Part shown: positions 52,889-64,000 of the stretch, piece by piece
How positions within the stretch are numbered: the stretch's first letter is position 1
Layout of the letters: each line of letters starts with the position of its first letter
Assembly (NCBI GenBank): GCA_965202585.1
Contig: OZ241830.1
Coordinates: 31,062,001-31,126,000 of the forward strand
Direction of reading: 5' to 3'
DNA from: Thalia democratica
Taxonomy: Eukaryota
DNA length: 64,000 bases
The notes under the pieces: generated by a model
The model's database searches: none
What the model was told of the DNA's origin: nothing
What the model saw: the letters and a program-made list of their open reading frames with translations, nothing else
Translations under genes and position numbers: made by a program

Positions 52889-52980
52889 TGCTTAATTCGA
52901 CAAGGAATTCATTTTGGTTTCCTAGTTAATATTGGCTTAATAAACAGGAGTTAACGTGATTACCCTACTGAGTTATTGCA
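52889..52980 (+). ncRNA. pri-miRNA-like hairpin H6' (weakened stem)
   Basis: Homologous to H6 but with several mismatches and bulges. Confidence 0.5.
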
Positions 52981-55900
52981 TAAGCATCTGTTATTCTTTA
53001 ATCCTGGAAAAACCTTAAATTTGACAACTTAGGCTAAAGCAACTTTAAAAAAAGTCACATTATTACCAGAAATAACCAAGAACTTAAACACAAAAGCCTT
53101 ATACATAGATTATATTTTTTGTCAAATTTATTTTTAAGTACATTTAAAGTAGCTTAAGAGAATTATTTTAATGTTATTATACTCTTTAACACAGTTTTTT
53201 TCACATTATTTAATTTTTAACTAAAAATAGACCAAGAAGGTGTTTTTTTAAAATTTAAAAGAAATTCAAAAAACCTAGAAAATGTTTCTCAAAAACCAGT
53301 GGCAACCCAGAAATATATTTTTAGAACTACTTCGTTACTATAAAAGAACTTAAAATCATGTAATTTCTAGTTTATAAGTAGAAAAAGTAATATATACTTT
53401 TATTGGAGGGTGGCCACTAAAAAAAACTAGAAAATTCTTGAATTTTACAATTTAAGCTTAAAATACTAGGATTTTGAGATATTTAAAAAAAGCAACTGGA
53501 AAACCTTGAATTTTTTATAATTTTTACAAATTTTGTAAAATTTTTATTAAACATTAAAAATTTATCATAAAAATTTAAAATAAAGTCATTATTAATTTTT
53601 TTCTTATAAAACCTTATAAAGTTGCTTAACAGTATTTTTTCAGTACTATTATAATACTTAATCCTCTTTTTACTTTAAACTTAACTTCAAATTAAATATA
53701 GATCCAAAAGTGTACTTTCAACAACCTTAAAAAAATCCAAACAACCAAGAAGAAATTTCTTAAAAACCAATGGCCAACCTGTGTTTGTAATTTACTTATT
53801 GATGATAAATGATTCTTTTAATAAAGCTAAAAGAATATTTTACATCAACTTTATAATTGCAAACAAGCATTTTACATACAATTATACAAAAAAAAAGAGA
53901 AAAATTAGCAAAGGGAATGTTTTCGAATCAAAACTATACTATGATAGTAGCTAAGCTATTTGTAGTACAATTAAACCCTTTATTGATGAAAAAACTTGTT
54001 ATTTCTATTAATGGCCACTTGCCTATGTTTAGAATTTTCATTTGTCCTTTTTAATGAAAATTGTGTTAGAGGTTATTTTATTTTAATTATAGATAATAAT
54101 AGTAAATGATAGTTTTAAAATTTATTAAGCTAGCAAAATTATTTTTGTCCTGCAATTTGAAAAATAAGTTTGTGGCTTCTTTTTAGTTGAAAGGGAATCA
54201 CTTCTAACCAAAATAAAATTCTGTATTTATACATAGCTACAAAATTAAAATAGTAACAAACGACTTTAATTGTAAAAAAATCTAAAAACAATTTCTTCTC
54301 AAATAAATGGTTTAAAATTTTATTTCATCAGTTGATAATATGCCTGAAAAATTTTGTAAAATTTTTTGAATTTCAGAATCTTACTCATGTACCAACTAGT
54401 GACTTTGAATTGTTTTTAGTACAAAATTGGTAAATATTATAATTTATGTATAGTTTGAAGAGATGGTTCTTATCAAAGTTGTTTTGTAAATCTATTTTAA
54501 GTGGTTTCTACTGCTGATGAAGGATTATTGAGTGTCAATTAAAAAATGGAAAATGTCAATTTACATTTGTAGTTAGAGGTGAAGAGAAAAAAGTTCTTAG
54601 ACTTACTTAAAAGTAGTTTTAAAACTCATAGTAGACCAGAGCTTCCCGTAATCAACTATTTCAGAAATTTAGGGGCCATAAGCTAAAAATGTAGAGGTAG
54701 GGGGGCTCAATGCCACAATTTCAAAATTAGATTGGATTTTATTGAAGTGATAATAAAGATAAAAAAAGGTCTTAAGCAATTTTAACATTGGTTATTGAAA
54801 GAGTGGTCATATTTTTTTAATGTTTTCAATGGTGGCCCTATGAAAGTTTTGTTGGAAAATTCTGATCTACAGCATATTTTTTTGAGTTTATCTTCGTTAT
54901 CAATTTTTTTTCAGAAAATTTAAAGGGATTACTCATTTACTAGTTATTACCTTTTTCATTTTTTGCACTATCGCTACTTATTATTTCCAGATATCATTAA
55001 TTTAAAATAACTGTGTTTTATATCTCATCTATATTTAATGTATTCGAACAACGTAAAAATTAATCAAAGATTTAAAAACTTTAGTTATATAGCTCAACTC
55101 ACAACTCCAAATAGCACCTTTTTCTTACTTTTTGCTGGTTTCTACCTCTCCCTAAACTTACTAAAATCGCCCCAAAAGGCGATATCACCTCCAATGGGAA
55201 ACCTTCATGGGATCTTAGACAAGCTCAAAATTGCAATTTATTAGTTGATAATAATGTAGCTCCTTAATTATAGATAACTTTCATAAAGCATAGGCTAAAA
55301 GTGCTTAGTATTTGGTAATGAACAACAAAAAAAAAAACTCAGACTAATTGAGCAGAAAATAGAACATTTCGGTTAATGAGTCGTACACCACTCCTTAAAC
55401 TGGGTCTAAAACAGATAGTTTGCAAAAATAAAAACATTAATTATACGTTATTCGAAATTTTAACTAACAAAACAAAAAGCTATTTACTATAAATGTTCTT
55501 CTTTCCGGATTAATATTTGTAATCATTTTTCTTATGAAAATACCAACAGAGGCACGCTGTGATTTCTTGAGTATTTCGGCCAGTTCCTTTAGCTGATAAA
55601 AAAAATTAAAGCATCATATTCGACTATAATCATATATAATCTTTCATTTTAATAAAGAACAGATAAATTTCGATTGGAATTAAGAATGCAATAAAGTTCA
55701 TACATACCATACTTTTTTACCTTGAAATCATTTAAAATGACGTTTCCAATGAAAACCGGGCAAAATTTTATGGTAAGCTTGTGTTTTTGTTAAGCTTCTA
55801 AATTTATATCCTTTATTAATGAGTAAAATGGATATATGAGTAGTCTTCGAATGTTTTTTAAATAAAAAGAAATGTTTTGCTACCTAAAGAAATTAACTAC

Positions 55901-56906
55901 TAAAACAGGCTATCATAATGAATATTAACAAAAAATACCATAAACAAAGTTATATCTGTAACAAAACTTAAGAAGTTTGAATTTAAACCAGAAGTTTATA
56001 GGGAAGAAAAAGTCTTTGCTAATCCTAAAGATCAGATTTTTGAAAATACACTTTTGCAAATTTTTGACTAAGTTAATTAGGCTGATACCAATATAATGAT
56101 GACTTTAAATTTGATTTAAAAATTTAACTCGTTTCAAGTTAATAAAATGTAGTTGTTAACTTTTGTTCGATTTAATAAAAAAACAATTTTGACCTTAAAT
56201 CTCAGATATATTTTTTACATCTTAATGTTTAAAATTTTCAATTTTTTCTAAACTAGTCTAAAAAGCCTATAATTATTGTCAAACGATTAGCATTAGTCCT
56301 AGACAAGACATTAAAAGGTATCCAATTGGTGTACGTCTCGATAACCGAAAGGTTATTCCAGCATCAGGTCCTAGGACCGACAAATTTAAGCATTTTTATT
56401 GTCGTTCAATAAACTTATAAGAAATAGCTTTATAATAAACAAGAAATTTAGTTTCTTGGTATTTGCGATATTATATTAAATAAAATAATACTTTTTTATT
56501 GAATGACATAAAAAGCGCTTAAATAATTGGTCCAAGGACCTAATGCATAAAAAAAAACTTCTTTTGGCTATTGAGTAGCACAACATTTATATACCTTTTA
56601 ATATCTTATCTAGAACAAATGCTAAACATTTGTAGTAATACAAAATAAGTCTTTACTTTAGAATAAAATCCAAAGTCCTTATGAATAAAAAAGTTAAGTC
56701 ATTTTTAATTTTTAACTTTAAACTTAAAGGATACATTTATTTTTAATAATCAAACTATTTGCAAGTAGAAATTTTGAAAATAGTAATGTCGTTTAATACA
56801 AAAAATAAGAAATTGCAAGTAAGTTTAAATAACAAAAGAATATTAAAAAAATTGATTCAGTAAATGATACTAAATTTTATTATATTAAAAAATATTTAGT
56901 CTAGCT

Positions 56907-57256
56907 CAGGGGTCGGCAGTCTTTAGTGACTCGTCGGCCAATTTTCACAAAAAAAATTGCTCGCAGGCATCACTATTTATAAAACAGTCTTCAAAGGCCA
57001 AAGTTATTTTGAAATAAATGTAATAATCACTATAAAAATACTGTTTTAAACTAACAACTATATAAAACAAGCAAAAATAGAGCATTAGTAAAGAGTATTA
57101 ATTTGAACTAAGAGCCTAATTCTAACTTATAAATACAAAACCCTTTATTTCAATTGTTTTGAATAAGTATATTTTTAGCTAAAAAGTATCTCGCGGGCAG
57201 CATATTTTTGTTTTGAGGGCCGCATTTGGCCCGCAGTCCGAAGTTTGCCGACCCTG
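56907..57256. mobile_element. hAT (Charlie-like) MITE
   Basis: Termini CAGGGGTCGGCA...TGCCGACCCTG. TSD GTCTAGCT/GTGTAGCT matches at 7 of 8 positions. Confidence 0.85.
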
Positions 57257-59039
57257 GTGTAGCTAATTTTATAAATAAAGTTTAATTAAGTACATACTTC
57301 TTAATTAGCGATTCTGAAAACAATATAGCTATTAAATAGTTATATTTTACATACTATATTTTTTTTGCAAATTCGGGTACACAATTGAATTTGATAGAAA
57401 AATAAAGCTCTTAGATATTGTCCTTTTGATTATAATTATAACAAGTCCGGCTAAAATTAAACTTAAAACGCAGTTGTATTGTTCTACAATAATTTATTTT
57501 TTTAAGTTTTTTATTATGATAATCTATTATGAAATATGTAAGGTTAGTTGAAAAAACATACAAAACTTTAAAGCATAATAATAAAATTATATAAACCTTT
57601 AAATTAACATTAAAAAAACATAAGTTCGCAAACTTAAACAATGTCTATTATTTCTATAAAAATAATCGATATAATACCCTTAAAAAACCTTTATAAAGTT
57701 AATGATGTTCAATCTACGAAAATGACAATTGCTGTTAGAAATTTTAAAAACTCAATACACACCTGTTTTTATAACACCTCGAATTGCAGCTGGGCAATAA
57801 AATTCTGCATTAAAAAAAAGGTCCGACGTAACTGCAAACATAAAGTCATTAAACTTACGTTTAACTAACAAACATATTGATTAAACAAACAAAAAAAATT
57901 TTATGAACATAAATAGTTATTAAAAATGAACGAAATTATTAAAATTCATGCCGGACATTTAGAATTGAAAATTTAAAGTCTCGTATTATCATAGGAAATA
58001 CTTATCAGAAAACATTCAACATAAAAGTTAGTTTATTTTCCAATTAAGTCACTAAAATGTAAACCTAGAATCAAAATCTTAATGATACAAAGAAGATAAA
58101 GCGAAATCTTCTTAACACACAATACTTTCTTTAGAACTATAAAAGAATGAAGCTTTGAAATTTTGATTAAAACATTGAAAAATATATTTCTAATTTCTTT
58201 ATATAAAATTTAAACCAAAAAATTTGAACAGTAGTGATGTATAGCTAATATTGATTTTTAATGAATAACGATTTTTAGTATGGAAAAAGTTTGTACTAGT
58301 GACAAAACTTGGTTCTAAACAAATATTTTGGAGCTTTTCATGTTTAATTGTAAAATTATGATACTCAGATAGGGTTCGGTATTCTTTATAAAGTAACAGG
58401 ATGAATTTTATAACAAATTCCTCTAACATCACTACTCGTCAACACCAAGTCATACTAATGAACAAACTTTATTATGACTTATGATTATTCAACACACCAA
58501 TAAGTAGCTTGTTTACGAATGAACTAAGATATTTGTACGTTTTGGTTTGCACTACAACACATTTTCATTATTTTCGCGCTAACTTATCTAATTTTCTGAG
58601 ACACATTCTGATTTAAACAACAATAGATGGTAGGAAATTCCCTAAACTGAGTTTGCGGTTTTAAGGTCTCCGACTACTACTCGAACACTTTTGGGACTAA
58701 TTTAACTGTTTAATTTATTTTTTTAAAAACTATAAAAGTTTTTTCATTACTAGAGTAGGGAGATCAATTTAAGCACTTTACTTAACAGTATTTCAACCTA
58801 ACTGGATCCATATGATCACAAAGACATACAATGAGAAAGTTTCAACATGAAACAATTCTATATTGTATGAATATCAAGCTTAGTTAGTTTATTACAACCA
58901 ATACATTGTTATTGCATGCCTATCGTTATTTAAATCGATATTTAAATAATACCTCAACAATATAACCCTTTGCTAAGAAGCCTACATTATATGTATTGTT
59001 TTTTTTAACAGTTTATTACAACAAAAAATTAAAGTTTCA

Positions 59040-59226
59040 TGAAGTTAGCATTGCTACTTGCCGGTCCTCTGCTGTTTTTCGTTACCCTCCTCCGCTTGAA
59101 CTTCCTTCTGGTTGTTGTCCTTTTGTCCTTCTCCTCAGCGGAAAATCCTCCGTATGAACTCAGCTTCTTTGTCATCCGGTTCTTACGCCACTCGCTAACC
59201 AGTGCCCCGTTTTTGTTGTCCACCGT
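59040..59226 (-). other. Candidate purine-rich terminal exon, paralog of 28020-28186
   Basis: cgcag acceptor and GC-rich island at the homologous position. The ORF-track frames are not conserved with the paralog. Confidence 0.35.
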
Positions 59227-59659
59227 CTGCGATTTTTAAGTAAAATAAAAAATCAAAACCTTAAGTTTATTAGTAATCAGAAACGTTAGTACACTATGTA
59301 TAAAAGTTTTTAAAAGGTTCTTTTGTATTCCTGGTCTTTATACTAAACTCATTTATTATTTTTTATCGTTTAATAATCAGTAACACCGTACAAGTTTAAT
59401 GTATAAAATATATTAAGCTTTATGGATTTTATTATTATCGGTTAATGAGTTATTTTAGTTTCGGATTATATTATAAATGTTAGAGTATGTATTGTGAGCG
59501 CTGTGGATCATCAATGATCATTTTCCAATAATGTACTTGAGGTAATTTAATTAAATATTGTAGCTAAATTCTTATTGGCTTTAAACACGGCCAAATTTAA
59601 GTTAAATGTCAAAGAAAAGTTTTTAAAAATTAACGATTGTTTTTAAACATAGATCATGT

Positions 59660-62600
59660 TACTAGAGTGAGATCTACTATAATTGCAAAACAAGAAAAAT
59701 CAATTTTGGTGAACAATGAAAGTTATATTGAAAAATGCACTTTTAGTCAAAACGCTGAGCATTTTAGAAAGTTTAAACAACTTTTAGTAAACAACTTTTT
59801 AATAACATTCTTAATATTAAAACTTTAACAATCTTTAGAAAATATAGTGATTAATAAATGATATATTAATTTTATATTATTTAAATTTTCAACAAATAAT
59901 AATAATAACTTCTACATCTTAAGTTTACTTTATGCACCTAAACAATGTCTAATTACATTTCGTAGTTACAATACAACATTATATTTACTATTTTCAACAT
60001 ATTGAATATTGATTTTATTTTTAGTTTCTTCAAATATTGTAAGACAAAATTATAACCTTAAAAAGTTATACAAAATAGAATAATGCTTAAGATTGTTTGA
60101 TTAACTTTTAATTTTTATGTTCTAATTTAGTTTTTACTTTTAAAACTGATGAGTCCTGTTAGTCAGACATAATATGAATTTTAATTTTTTTTATTAAAAT
60201 GCCTCCTTAAAATTTCTTTAAAAGATATTTAAATATCAGAGAAGGGTAGGTGGAAACATGCAAAAAAAGGTAAGTGGGTAAGTGTAAATATACAAAAAGC
60301 TAAATAATTTGTTCAAATTTTCTTGTTTAAATCTCCACCAATTATGAATTACTATGGTTAGAATTACTAACAGAATTTGCCAAAAAAAGATGAAAAAATA
60401 TTTTTAACTTGATTCAGGAGCAAAAATACTAGAATTGAGTGACAAATTTACAATGTTATTAGAAAACAATCTAAATTGATATAAGGGTAGCTTAAATTAC
60501 AAAACGATTACAAATAACAAATTTGTTTAGCTAAAAATATACTTGAACTAAGTTAATGTTTTAACTATACTAAATAATTTTTAACAATAACTGATTAATT
60601 ATTTTAATTGTTTAATTTAAAAATATACTTTATAATATATTGTATAGTAACCTTATACCTAAGTAAGCACTTTGATCACATCATAAAAGACATACCCAAC
60701 TTGCAGTGCATACCTTGGAATAAATACCTTGTCATTAAATACCTACATGAAGCCAAATACAGACATACTGAAAGCAACTAAAGTTTATAAATTACTCTTA
60801 AAGCAAAATGCACTAAAACAAAAACTTTAACCATGAAAAAAGAACGACCAAAAAACAAAACATACTTTATAAAACTTTTTTAGAAGTCTTGAGTATTTAT
60901 TTAAGGTATGTATTTATATTCGTATATGTATATTACATTTAATTCCTAATTTAAAATAAATACAGGTGTAAAGGATAAAATAAAACATAAGTATAAATAA
61001 AGAAAGATAAAATAATTAGATGCTCATATGAGACTAGGGTCCATATTCAATATTAGTAGTAATCCATTCAAGAAAAAGTAGATAACAATTTTGCTAATTT
61101 TTAAAGTGTCTTATTTCGATTTCATGTAATTAATATAACTGCCACAATTTCAAATTAACTTACAAATTATAAGCACTGTTCATAATTTTTGTTAATATAA
61201 ATTTTGTAAAACTTTTTTATAATTTCTTTATCTAGGTTAAAGCAAAGGGTGTAAAAATTAAATTGCATTGTTCGTTATTTGTTTTATAAACAAATTTTAA
61301 TATGTTTATTCGGAAAATTTTACATACAATTTTTAAGTTTATAACTTTTTTATAGACACTTTAATTTTGTTTTACTTACAAAGTACAGTGCAATTTTTTC
61401 TATAATATACTTTTTTTTCTGTTTTTTAATTAATTTTATAGTACAAGCAAATTGCATATTAAAATTAAGTTCATACCAAATCGGTAGTTTTTTTCTATTT
61501 GAATGAGATAGGAGATAATTAAACAATAAAAAAAAATTCCATTCTGAGAAAGTTAATTGCTCTACATTAAAGAAAATGATAAAAAAATTGACAGAAGTCT
61601 TGAAAAATCAACTAATGCACTTCTTAATAAAAAACAGGAAATTAATGGAAAGTTAGCAAATCAGACAGAGCTGCTAGAATCCAGAAAAAAATTACTTGTT
61701 TTACTATATAATTAGTTAAAAGGTATTAAAAATGGGTATAAAATTGTTTTTAATTACTAATAAGGTAATAAGATACACAATAATAAAAAGAAACACCAGA
61801 TGATAGTTTTAAAAATATGTACAGAAATAAAAATATTACTCAAAAAAAAATAATTATTTTTTAAGGCAAATTGTTACAAAAAATTAACAACTGTAAGTTT
61901 GTATGGATTACAAAGAAACAGTTTATCTAATACAAAAATGGGATAGAACACGATTACTAAAAACTTATTTCAGACTTAAGGAATCTAGTTTCTTAACTTA
62001 GAATTTTATTCTTTTGTTAAGAAGCAATTAATAGTTTAATGTCTGTATAAAACGTGAATATGCTTTTTTAGTGTGTAAAAAAAGTGTGAAAAATAATTGT
62101 ATGTATTATTAAATATACAGCAAATGGTCACATTTTAAATTTAGAAAAATTATAGTTCCCAATTTGTTTCTTCAAGTAAATCTAATGAACATTTTTTGCC
62201 ATTAACTGTTTAGTCCAGTAAGTATTTTTTAGTATATTTAGCAATAAAAAATTTGAAAACGTTAAATATACGAACCAATATTAATATGACTGCAATTTTA
62301 GACAGAAACTATGTATTGTTTTACAATAAAATTATTATAAGCTTCTGTTCACTTTAAATAATGTTAAACTTTAATAGTATTTAAAAAAAGATCATTATAA
62401 ATATAAAAAAATTTTAACAAAAATAAATGAGTTAGATAGTTTGAAACACCTTAAAAGACATTAAACTCAAAACAGAAATCAGCAAAACAAAGCAGAGAAG
62501 TAAAAAAAAAATTAATTCAAAAAAAAGTGTAAATAAGTTCTCTAAAATTATAAAAGGTTAAAAAGTAGATTTGCTTGATTTTTTTAGTTGAAATCTACTT

Positions 62601-64000
62601 AAAACAGCATAAAAACGTCATATAGACTTTTAAAAGGTTTTAGTGCACTGTTGATGGAATATATTATAGTTAGAATACACCTAGAACAGCCTTAAAGCGT
62701 TCCAAAGAACTTTAAAAGGTTAAAAAGTAGAAATTGATGGCAATGAAGAACAATAAGAATTATGACAAAGAAAATTCAATTTTGCGGAGCGATGAAAGTT
62801 ATATTGAAAAATACACTTTTGGTCAAAACACTGAGTAAAATAGTAAGTTTAAACAACTTTTTAATAACATTTTTAATATTAAGACTTTAACAATCTATAA
62901 CTTTCAGAAATTATGATGATTAAAAAGTTATTTAGTTAATTTTGTCACTACAAATTCTTATTTTAATTTTCTACAAATGGTTAATAATAATTTCTTCACT
63001 TTTAGTTTACTTCATATATGTAAAGAATATCTAATTACTACTCCTAGTTACAATGTAACATTATATTTACTATTTTCAGCATCTTGAATATTGATTTAGT
63101 TTTTGTTTTCTTCAAATGTTATAAGACAAAATTATAACTTAAAGTAGCAATACAAAATGGAATGAATGTTCATGATTGTTTGATTAACTTTTAATTTTTA
63201 TGTTGTGTTACATTTTTGTCTTTATAACTGATGAGTCCTGTTAATTAGACACATTATGAAATTGGATTTTTTTTTTTTTCAAAATGCCTCATTAAAGTTT
63301 CATTATAAGATATTAAACTATCCAAGAAGGGTAAGTGGGAACATGCAAAAGGTAGGTAAGTGGGTAAGTGTAAATATGCAAAAAGCTAAATATTTTGTTC
63401 AAATTGTCTTGTTTAAATCTGCCTAAATTATGTATTATTATAGTAAGAATTACTAGTAGAAATTGTTGAGAAAAGAAGAAAAAGTATTTTTAACTTGTAT
63501 CCAGGAGCAAAAATACTAGAATTCAGTAAACAATTTACAGAACTGTTATAAAACAATCTAAATTTGTGTAAGGGTAATTCTTTTTTTTTGTCACTACAAA
63601 ACATTATAAATAAAAAATATGTTTAGCTAAAATCTACTTGAACTAAGTTAATGTTTTAACTATACTAATTAATTTTCAACAACAATTGATTAATTAATTT
63701 AATTATGTACTTTAAAAATATACTAAAATATATATTATGTAGTAACCTGCAACCTAAGTCCCCACTTTGACCACATCATAACGTACCCAACTGGCGGTGC
63801 ATACCTACGAATTTTGGTCATTAATTTCCTATATTAAGCCTAATACAGATATACTAAAAGCCACTAAAGTTTACAAATTCCTTTTAAAACTAAATTTTTT
63901 TAAACAAAAACTTTAACCATGAAAAAGAACGACCAAAAAATTATACATAGTTTATAAAAATATACTAGAAGTCTTAAATATTTATCCAAGATATTTATTT
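59660..64000 (+). repeat. ~3.1-kb local tandem duplication
   Basis: GATGAAAGTTATATTGAAAAAT.CACTTTT at ~59720 and ~62790; CTGATGAGTCCTGTT at ~60147 and ~63228; the stem-loop at 60657 and 63753. Confidence 0.8.
61500..62300 (+). mobile_element. Third, truncated copy of the LINE 5' region
   Basis: Homologous to 35150-36300 and 1-1000 (TTTAAGGCAAATTG..., TTTCAGACTTAA, decayed PHD at ~62090). Confidence 0.65.

Noticed and set aside
6782-58432. Remaining 60-80 aa ORFs in the track
   Set aside because: Low-complexity F/L/I/K/N products expected by chance in very AT-rich DNA. Several overlap repeats (6880, 33261, 50870, 55038).
60268-60285. Tandem donors GGTAAGTGGGTAAGTG (also at ~63355)
   Set aside because: Absent from the unit 1 homolog (~33920), with no upstream acceptor or exon evident.
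60755-60790. Resemblance to a Hydra spliced-leader sequence (ACATACTGAAA)
   Set aside because: Only ~11 nt match from memory, with no following leader sequence, splice donor or Sm site.

Overview
Very AT-rich eukaryotic DNA with no intact protein-coding gene. The composition and repeat content (decayed CR1-type LINEs, many CAGGG-ended MITEs) suggest a cnidarian such as Hydra; this is an inference. The window is an old tandem segmental duplication: unit 1 spans about 1-35.2 kb, unit 2 about 35.3-61.5 kb, and a further ~3.1 kb local duplication sits at the right end. The main signal is a pair of paralogous clusters of six miRNA-like hairpins (19.64-20.45 kb and 52.17-52.98 kb). All 12 hairpins have a stem of roughly 35 bp and a basal UG exactly 14/13 nt upstream of an aligned stem position. 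They share a reused lower-stem scaffold, and several show arm-specific conservation between the two copies. The second signal is an intronless SRSF4/5/6-like mRNA fragment captured inside a decayed Gypsy element, between protease and the integrase C-terminus. The rest is CR1/LINE relics, hAT-like MITEs, a dispersed ~90-bp repeat, and weak candidate non-coding exons on both strands. All alignments, translations and pairings were done by eye, and element boundaries are approximate.
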